Of a DNA stretch of 64,000 nt, positions 53,220 to 64,000 are shown piece after piece. Numbering within the stretch: the stretch's first letter is position 1; each line of letters starts with the position of its first letter. Below the pieces are notes generated by a model that saw nothing but the letters and a program-made list of their open reading frames with translations, was not told the origin of the DNA and searched no databases. A program made the translations under genes and the position numbers. Source of the DNA: Octopus vulgaris (lineage: Eukaryota); contig OX597820.1 in NCBI GenBank assembly GCA_951406725.2, positions 126,108,001 to 126,172,000 of the forward strand, read 5' to 3'.

Positions 53220-53824
53220 TATATATATGCATATATATATGCATATATATATATGTCTATAATATTATCGGTCGCAGATACATAATCTATGTATTTTATT
53301 TATATGCCCATTTGTTGCGGGATAACATCCAGTGGGGAAGCTCCCTACATGACGCCAATTCTTAAAAAATACCGAACGAAAAACCAGTCATAAAGAAGCA
53401 TGTCCGTTCCTCCGAACATTCTCGGCTCGTAATTTATCTTAGAAGCCCAGAAGAAATAGCAAAAATGTTGACATCACCGTGATTTGAACTCTGAAATTAC
53501 AAAGCTGGAACAATCACCGTAAAGTTTTTTCACCCAAAGCTCTAACAATTCATTTTATCCAACGCCTTATAGATGCATCTTTGGCACCGTATAAATAAAT
53601 AGGAGTGTCTACTTGCATTTAGTCTGAATACAGATCGATAAACTAACGAATACCATTGCATTGATTTTACACTTCCAAGGTGATCAGAAGCAGGTCGTAT
53701 GTGTTTCTTTTAATTGTTTTCGCTTTTTACATTCATTTGTTTGAGGAGTGTGAGTTCGTTTTTTGTTTGTCTTTCTTTCAATCTTTGTATGTGAGTGTGT
53801 GTATATGGAAGTTTGTGTGTGTGT

Positions 53825-53858
<34 letters not shown>

Positions 53859-54388
53859 CTATGTGTGTGTGTCTTTATGCGTCTCTCTTGTTTGATTGGT
53901 CTACTTCTTTCGGCATGTGTATTACAATTTTTTTTATTGCTCTCCTATTTGTTTTCACTTTTTCCCTCCTCCACCTTCTCCTTGTTCTTCTCCAACTCTC
54001 CTTCTCCTTCTTCTTCTTATTTTTCTTCTTCTTCTTCTTCTTCTACTCTTCTTCTTCTTCTTCTTCTTCTTCTTCTTCTTCTCCTACTCTTCTTCTTCTT
54101 CTTCTTCTTCTTCTTCTTCTTCTTCTTCTTCTTCTTCTTCTTCTTCTTCTTCTTCCTCTCCGGCTGCTGCTGCTGCAGCCGGCGCGCTTCTTATATTCAA
54201 ATATTGATTATCTTACTCCAAATTTGTTATTCTTAAGTTTATATTCATATTCTCTCTTCCATCCCTTATCACCTCTTCTTTCTTTATTTCTTCATTTCGA
54301 TCTCTCTCTCCCTCTCTCCTACGCTCCCTTTCTGCACCTGTATATACATATACGTATGCATATGTGTGGTATGCATAAATATAAGTAA

Positions 54389-54430
<42 letters not shown>

Positions 54431-54449
54431 GTGTATGTATATATATATA

Positions 54450-54496
<47 letters not shown>

Positions 54497-55060
54497 TGTA
54501 TACATAGATACGTGTATATGTGTGCATGTTTGTATGTATAAAGATTTGTATGTGTTTCTGTGTATGTATATTCACCAAATATGTCTCCTTTGTCGCTCGA
54601 TCTCTACCTCTCTCTCTCCCTCGCTCTGGCTGTCTCTCTCCCCTTCTCTCTCTCTCTCTCTTTCTATTTCTCTTACTCCACACTTTGCACCTACAATTAT
54701 GTCACTGTGTTACAACTTTCACTTAGTTTCACTCCTACCCATTCCAAATATCCAACGTTCTCTCATTCCTTCCTATTATATAATTCCAACCATCCACAAA
54801 AACTAAATGCGTACACACACACATAAACACTCATGCAAGTGCACACATATACTCGTAGAAACATACATACATACATACATACATACATACATACATACAT
54901 ACATACATACATACATACATACATACACACTTACATACATACTAGAAGGAGAGTATGAACAAGCAAAACATGGTCTCACTTTAGAGTATGCAATTTATAA
55001 TTCAAACATAATCGCAGGGTTGTTAGAGTAAATAAGCGATTAAGAAAGACTGCCCAAAAT

Positions 55061-55117
55061 CCCTTACAGCTGTTTCTAGACTAGCTGTTTATATGACGCA
55101 TAGTCCATCAAACAAAG
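55061..55117 (-). other. Degenerate type I hammerhead-like motif
   Basis: Reverse strand ctttgtttga-TGGACTA...TAGTCTA-GAAA-CAGCTG-TA-AGG; palindromic ACAGCTGT at stem III; the CUGANGA core is mutated. Confidence 0.5.
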
Positions 55118-55384
55118 ATTTCCATTTTTACAAAGGATATTCCTTAATTCTTCGACGATGTAACTGGTAACTACTAATACCCATTATTATTAAGTGTATT
55201 CCTTAATTCTTCCTCTCACACAACGGAATAGTTGGTTTGTATGGAAATATTTGTTTGATGATCTATGCACCATATGCACAGCTATTCTAGAAATAACTGT
55301 AAGAGACTCTATGCATTATTTCTTAATATCTTGTTTACACTAATAATGCAATTATGTTCTGCTTGCTCATCCCTTCTTCCTAAT

Positions 55385-55685
55385 AGGGAGAGTTTGCGAA
55401 AAAAAACAAACAAAATACGAAGATAGTGGTGTACAAAACAAACAAATGTATTAGTATAACGCTCAGAAATAGAAAAAGTCTTTTACGCTATTCTACAGAA
55501 AGGGACACAGAAAAAAATTAGGAGAGAAACAAGGAGAGGAAAAATGTGTGTCATGGCGACTGATTGATCGTAGGTTCGAAACGTAAAAGATTTTTCTATT
55601 CCTGAGCGTTATACTAATACATCTGTTTGTTTCGTACACCACCTGTCTTCTTTTGGGTTTTTTTTTTTTTCGTAAACTCTCCCGA
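55385..55685. mobile_element. Inverted pair of the 8716-type PLE-like element
   Basis: 55385-55565 has the same orientation as 8716-8905; 55569-55685 is an inverted partial copy starting cgtaggttcgaaacgtaaaag. Confidence 0.7.
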
Positions 55686-55841
55686 TATATCACACGCTCC
55701 CGTAGTCGCACCTGTTGATCCTGTCATTTCTTACCACTACGAACTTCTCCACTGGATTCTTTATCTACCACTTACGGATTTTCTCGTTTGGATATTTACC
55801 CTCCGGCTGCACCTCTCCTACATACGGATCACTGTGGACTC

Positions 55842-56262
<421 letters not shown>

Positions 56263-57528
56263 CCACTCAATGATGAACCACTTATAGCCAGTCTTTGCTA
56301 CAGACCACTACACCACCACTTTTGTTTTAGTTGCAGCTCAAGTCGGTTATTTAGAAGTAAATCAACAAGAGTGCTTCTCATGCGTGCTTATTACCTTTTG
56401 TCATTGTATGAAATTTTTATATGTACATGCATGCATACATTTACAAGTATGCGAATACTACCTAATGCAACTGATACATCAACGAACTGACCTGGGAATA
56501 TTCATGCTATCAATCAACTAGCAAGAAAGAACAGGCAAATTCTTTCCATCCATCCGCCGATGCTCTCGGTGTCGGGGGTTGACCTGCTTTCTCTTCTGTG
56601 GGAACTTACGAATAGCAAAGGACCACGCTTCGGACTTCTCCCATCTTGCGAGCCCTGGGACGAAGACCGTTCGCTCAACAACATACCAACACCACTATTG
56701 CTACCATCACCATATTGCCACCAAGTAACGCCACCAATTTTAATATCACCACTACTACCACTACAGCCACCATCACCCCCTTTTCCCATCAACACATATG
56801 CTTAAACACGAACACATACACCCATACATAAACACACGCAACCTTCGCCACCATTGCCGCTACGATGTCAACCACACGCACTTTTATTACGAACCAACAT
56901 CAGCCGAACGCACATACAAACACACACACACACACGTACAAACACACACACACACGTACACGCACGCACACGCGCACACACACACACACACACACACATA
57001 CACATACGTACACGCGTACACACACGCGTACACGCGCATGCACACACAAACACTGCCTCCACAACCACCGATAACATCAACAGTGCCAGCATCAGTACTA
57101 CTAACACCGCTACTACCACCACCACCACCTTTGTTCCTTGCCTCCTACCATGTCGCCACTCCTCCTCCTCCTTCCCTCTTCTCTGTTCCTCCCTAGTTGA
57201 TGCCTTCAGTGGCCTCATTAGCCAATCATTCACAGGTCTATTAACAGCAGCTATAAATCACATGCAATGAATGCAGGTGCTAGTCGTGTAACGGTGCATG
57301 TGCAGCTACACACTGCATGCAGCATATGCAATAAAGATACGCATGGGGGATGTGTGTATGTGCATGTATGTGTCTCAGCGTGCCTGTCAGTGAGTGTGTG
57401 AGTGTGTGAGTGTGTGTGTGTGTGTGTGTGTGTATGAGATTGTAAGTGCATGTGTGTTAAATAATGTACAAGCTTTTATGGAATGATTCTGTGGGTACGT
57501 GTGCGTATATGTGCCTATATGTATATGT

Positions 57529-57588
<60 letters not shown>

Positions 57589-57673
57589 TGCGTGTAGCTA
57601 ATTACAAGTAATGCATTCTGAAGCTGATTCATATACGTTTGCTATGAATATATATGGATGTAATTATATACAA

Positions 57674-57755
<82 letters not shown>

Positions 57756-59886
57756 ATATATATATATACATAAATGTATGTGTGCATCAATGCATATATC
57801 GGTATGTACGAGCGTATGTATGAATGTGAGTACGTATGTATTACGTATGTATGTATGTATGTATGTATAAATGCATGTATGTATTTATGGTGTCTTTATT
57901 GATGTACGCCATATGTACACTTGTGCATTTATATATGTATGTGCGTATGTATGCGTGTCTTTATATATATATATATATATATATGCAATAACACAGATAT
58001 TGCCTGCTGAAATTTACGTTTTTTGACTTATGTAACAGGTATACATATATATATATGTTTTTTAATGGGTGTTTATATGTTGTTACATGCTACACTTCTA
58101 TAAATTCTTACACATTTTCACAGTTCTATTAATAGAAACATAGCGAAGCATGAATGGCTAACTGGCTGGTTGACTGGCTGGTTGGTTGGATGGATGGATC
58201 GATGGATCGATGGATCGATGGATCGATGGATCGATGAATGGATGAATGGATGGATGGATGGATGGATGGATGGATGGGAGGCAGGGAAGGAGCGAAGGGG
58301 TTGAGGAGAGGAATGAGGTGAGTGGAGTAAGTGGGAGTGAGGGGCAGGGGAGTGAGAGGAGATAGGGAGGAAAAATGGATGAGTGGATCTGCATATTCAA
58401 TTATATGCACACAGATAATTATCTGCATATACAAGAATGGAATTCATTGCATATATATCTCTTTTGTTAGGTTTTTCTTTTACTTCTCTGTGTAGACATA
58501 CCTAAGTTTACATGTCTAATATGTTTAAATGAGCATGCCATAGTCCTAGAATGTTTCGCGTATTCCCACACAACCATTAACGACCCATGTGTCTCTGCTT
58601 TCTAGTGTGGCAGTATGTTTTCTGATTCTTGGAAGCATAATTTCTCAAGATTGGTACTGGGGTAATCACATACCTCAGGACTCCAACATTTATACGTGTA
58701 AATCTAAAACAAGTCTGAGTGAAATACTCACAACTTTCTAATTAGATTGTTTTATTAGATTTAAGTTCATCATAGACATTATCTTAACATCTGCTACGCA
58801 AGAGATTTCCACTATTCAGCTTAACTATTCTTCCTCTGATCCAGTTCACTGTGTCTGGAGCATTGGTGCTTAAGTTAACTTAGGTTTGGGCCGGAATATT
58901 CCAGTATTATTCTTCCATATTACTGATGAATTTGCCCACCACTTCAATGTAAATTGCTTATACTTTTATCAACAGGAATTTTTTTCTGCAGGTTGCATCA
59001 CATTCTTTTGGCTACAAAATGTAGATAGCATCGTAATGACATTTTCGAATGGCTACTTAAGTGGCATCATTGGTGTTAATTCTGAAAAATTTGCATCTTG
59101 GAGCTTTAGCTGCATTCGTATTCCATTTCTTCATCTGATATTTTGTTATTATTTCCTGTTTCTAGATAGCAAAACCATACTCTTAAAAACAAGAACTAAC
59201 AAACGGCTGTTATCTCAAAGTCATCAAGATGGCTATTTTGGTCATCTTTGTTTTCTGTCTGACACATTAGTACGGTAAATTCATTCACCAAAGCTAATTT
59301 TACCTGTCCTTTAAATGCCGGGAGCTAGAGATTACTTTCAACAGTAAGACATCTATAGAAGAACCAATAGTTTCTAAGACTTTCAAACCATATCAGTTTT
59401 TTCCAGTCATACAATGGAATAGTTTCCACCAATTCATTTCTCTTTTGGTCATGATTTTGTTTGGCAGCATCACAATGGTATACTGACACATTATTTTTAC
59501 TGTACTTGAGTCTGTGATTTTAGATTAAGTTCCTTTTACATTATATCGACCTTAGTGTTAGCATACCATGATTATATAGCAAGCTGTTATTTTATTTTAG
59601 TGAGATTTGTATTAAAATCACAGATATAGAAGGATAATTTGTTTCATTATTAATAGAAGCAATTCGAGACATTCCAGTATTAGTAAGAACTCCTGCGAGG
59701 CTGGGATACTGAAACGGCCCTGTGCGACTTCACCTTCAAATGACACATCAGTCAAAGTCTCAAACAAGTACTCGAGCATTTTGTGATGAGTGATCCGATC
59801 CTCAAATGTTTCTGTTACAACGGTTTGAAAATTTTAAGTTACATGTAAATGGTGGTACTTATGGAGTGTGATTTTAGACTACATTG

Positions 59887-59984
<98 letters not shown>

Positions 59985-61275
59985 CATTTCATCATATTGC
60001 TGCGTAAAGTTGGAATATTGTGATTTTAGATTGAATTGTTACTTCCGCATTTGTGATAACTTTCGGTAAATGTAAAGGTGAATTTAATACAGGTATTGAT
60101 TAATTGCAATGTGTGCATTTTGGGATCATCCATTGAAACTATTTCATTTCACTTTGCCATGACTGTGAAATCGTTCCCTTTTTATTTTATTTTGTTTTAT
60201 GATAAATAAACTTAGACTTAGATATGTTTCGACCAAAGATTGGTCCAGGCCATGTCTAACTTAATAGCACCACCTGATACTTGTCAACACTTGTTAGAGC
60301 GTTAAATAACCGCTGTTTAGTTGTATACAAAAATCCTCAATGTGGCTTTCTCAGTTGGCAGTTAATATCAATGCAGCCATGTATCATAAAATGTTCCTCA
60401 CCACTGTTTTAAGCGATGATGACAACAGTATCGGGATACGATGATTTTATATTTATTTATTTGTACATTTTTTTTTATTTGATTTGCAAGATTTTTTATG
60501 TGAACTCGTGTGTTGAAGCAGATTTTGTTGTATCTCAAGAAGGTCGTTGTGTCAACAGCGAGTGTGTGTAATTATTATTCGTATTATGACCCTCCCGAGA
60601 TACCCCAAAAATGTGGTTTTAGCTTAACGTTGATGTGACATTAAATGACAATGATGCTGATGTCACGAGACCATGATTTTATATCAATTTGTTAGATTTA
60701 CATCATTAGAAATATCATTATTCAGAAATAAATTTATATAATATGTAGATTAATAATCGGTATGTGTGCTGCATTCATATTAATTTATTTTATTTCATTT
60801 TTTTTTTATTTATTTCATTTCAGATTCCACAAAGTAATTTTTTAAGACACCCAGCATGCAAACTGATTTATCTAAAGAAAATTATATAAATGCTTAATTT
60901 CATGATATTCAAAGCCAAACTGTTCTCCGCACTGAGGAAATCATTTTCATCTCCACTATACAATATCGACGCCATTTTAATGCTGTTCTGAATACAGATT
61001 CTTGATAGTTTCAATACTATAATAGTAAAATTAGATTTAGTAAAATTAACTACGATACATTTAATCCACTTTGTACTAATTGAACTGGAGAAAAACCTAT
61101 AATTGTGATTTAAATTACTAGAAAAAAAACTTAGGTTAATAAGAAATATACGTAATGATGACTCCACAATGCATACTGCCATAGTTCGAAGTATGAGATT
61201 TGCTCGTCTGTTATACATCTTATGTTTATTCAGATTATCTCTACTTGTTACTATTATATCTGTCTGAGACCAGGT

Positions 61276-61391
<116 letters not shown>

Positions 61392-62237
61392 TTCACCTTA
61401 TTGTAAATCATTTGGCAGAACTACTTAATTCTGTAAACATGTCATACATATATACAAACATACGAATATACACACATACATGTTCATATACGTATATACA
61501 TACGCACATATACTTGCGGAAACATGCGTACGGGCATACATTCATACATAGATGCATACATACATATATAATATATATGTGTGTGTGTGTGTGTGTGTAT
61601 ACACACAAACACACATGTATATAAATATATATGCATATGTATATATATGACTATGTGTGTTTGAAAGATAAAGAGATGTAAGGAGGAAAGGAGAGAAGCA
61701 GAAAGAGGGAGAGGGAGAAAGACTAAGGAGACAAGCTTACGCACAGAAAGACAGGCAGTTGAGACTGTTCACAGTTAGACAGTAAAGAAAGCTGTCGACT
61801 TAATCACAGATGGAGAAACGGTTGGAAATGAAAGACGGTTAACAATAAAGAAAATGAAAGATGAGAGTTTAAAGAACGAGAATGCATGAGAAAGTATTGG
61901 AGTATTGGCATACATGCACATAGTGAAGCATACGAAATTGTATTGGTATGCATACACGTTAGTATACACAACTTAAGAACAAAAAGGAAAAATGATAATC
62001 AATAATAAAATAATTTCTTCCGTTTCATTCCATTCCAACGAGTATAGATTTTTCAGAAATTATATTCTCTTCAACAGTTCCAGACCGACAACAGCTGAGA
62101 GCATTAGTACTGTATTATTTAGGAACATGAGTACCTTCTGTATGAATGCGCATGTACACACACACATGCACGCACACACGCACACGCACACACATACACC
62201 TACTTCTGTTTGTTTGAAGTGTGCATGCATGTATATC

Positions 62238-62637
<400 letters not shown>

Positions 62638-62850
62638 TGGATATGCATAATGTATGCGTAATATTTGCGTGCATTTATTGTAGTATATCTGAAAAATCCT
62701 TAAGCAAATATCCAAGCATTTCAGCGGATAATTCTCTGTGTTAGCACACCAGCTGATAGGAAAAACAGCAAGTTATGTGCTGTACTGTACTGTAAGATAT
62801 TACATATATATGCAAATGTGTGTGTGTAGGTATGTATGTATGTATATGTA

Positions 62851-62912
<62 letters not shown>

Positions 62913-62939
62913 TATATATACATATATGTATATATATAC

Positions 62940-62989
<50 letters not shown>

Positions 62990-63030
62990 CCATGTATGCA
63001 TGCATGTATGTATGTATGTATGTATGTATA

Positions 63031-64000
63031 CAGGATGCGTAATATATTTGAGGACAGATTTATGGTTGTAAAAAACAAATATATAATAACAGATAATAAA
63101 TTTATCTCTCAAAACATACTAAACGGATAAAAATAAACCTTCTTTTCTATAATTTTATTCAATAAAGCCACCTTCAGCTTCAACGGCTGCTTCGGTATAA
63201 TATCCAAATCATCTACATGCTCAGATCACGTGGTCCTGATTCACTTTAGACATTACTATGGCAGCTCTCAAAGAATCTTTAGTGTTATGGCGTGTTCATT
63301 GACCTCTCTCTCATTAGGAGCCAAATGTTAGGGGTTATGTGATCATGAAAATGTTCAGCCATCCATTCCTGTGTTACTAAAGCCATGTGTTATAGTGCAG
63401 AGTCTCACTGAAACACATATGACTTTCCATTGCATACACTGTCTATCCAGGGTTTAACAATTATTTACAGGACCTCAGTGTAGGCAGCAGAGTAAATTCC
63501 AAGGTCTTGTGGAAAGAAGTAAGCACGCATCACATGTCCTTCATTCCTGACAACCCCTAAAACCATGACAGTTGCAGGAAATTTTGTATGCATAACACTT
63601 GGAACTTCAGAAGGGTTTGCACATAACCATTTGTCATTTCCTCTGTTAACTTTTTGATCTTGGTCGAAGTTTTTCTCGTTTGAGGAAATCCAAATCAAAT
63701 CTTCTGCTGGGTTTTTCAGTTGGTTTAAAAGCCTTTTAGATTTGATGTAGTGATTTTCTTTTACTTTTTCTGACACATTGCCATTTCCTCATCTTATAAG
63801 ACTTATATCTGATGTATTATTGGACATTTCTGACTGTTCCTTCTGACACACGGAGATTTTTTGCAATTGACCTCACGAACTTCCTGGGTTTGTAATCAAT
63901 GGTCTGTTGAAGTTGCTGGATGAATTCAGGTGTTCTGATGATTTCAGAGTGTCTGGAATGCTTTTTATACTTTGATACTGGTGATACATTTCCATCTTCA
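63031..64000 (-). mobile_element. Degraded Tc1/mariner-superfamily transposon (maT/DD37D-like), running off the window
   Basis: SNEKNFDQDQKVNRGNDKWL...HTKFPATVMVLGVV..EG...; VKPWI...YVFQ*DSA..H....TQEWM; terminal TA|CAGGATG at 63029-63037. Confidence 0.88.

Noticed and set aside
60220-60260. Reverse-strand CTG-GACCA-atctt-TGGTC-GAAACATATC hammerhead-like relic
   Set aside because: The core lacks ANGA and stem I cannot be formed; too weak to call.
60868-61218. 116-aa minus-strand ORF with AAAATGGCG start context
   Set aside because: No recognisable domain or supported exon structure.

Overview
AT-rich eukaryotic DNA, packed with microsatellites, in which I find no credible host protein-coding gene. 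Almost all ORFs in the track are translations of simple repeats. The tRNA-derived SINE families and repeat landscape suggest an octopus (cephalopod) intron or intergenic region; this is an inference from recalled repeat families. The window is a mosaic of transposable-element pieces: R4/Dong-clade retrotransposon 3' ends inside (TAA)n, RTE, CR1/Jockey-like and L1/Tx1 LINE remnants, several tRNA-SINE families, an internally deleted Helitron, mariner and maT-like transposons, hAT remnants, a MITE and a probable solo LTR. Four observations stand out. (1) A fold-back element in (TA)n carries two identical, intact type I hammerhead ribozymes, and other Penelope-like ends in (TA)n carry variant hammerhead motifs. 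(2) A ~0.55-0.58 kb non-coding element occurs three times with fixed ends, always ending in (TAA)n with the same polarity as neighbouring Dong elements. (3) SINE multimers share one precise junction at several loci, suggesting self-targeted insertion. (4) An RTE-like tail encodes tandem C2H2 zinc fingers.
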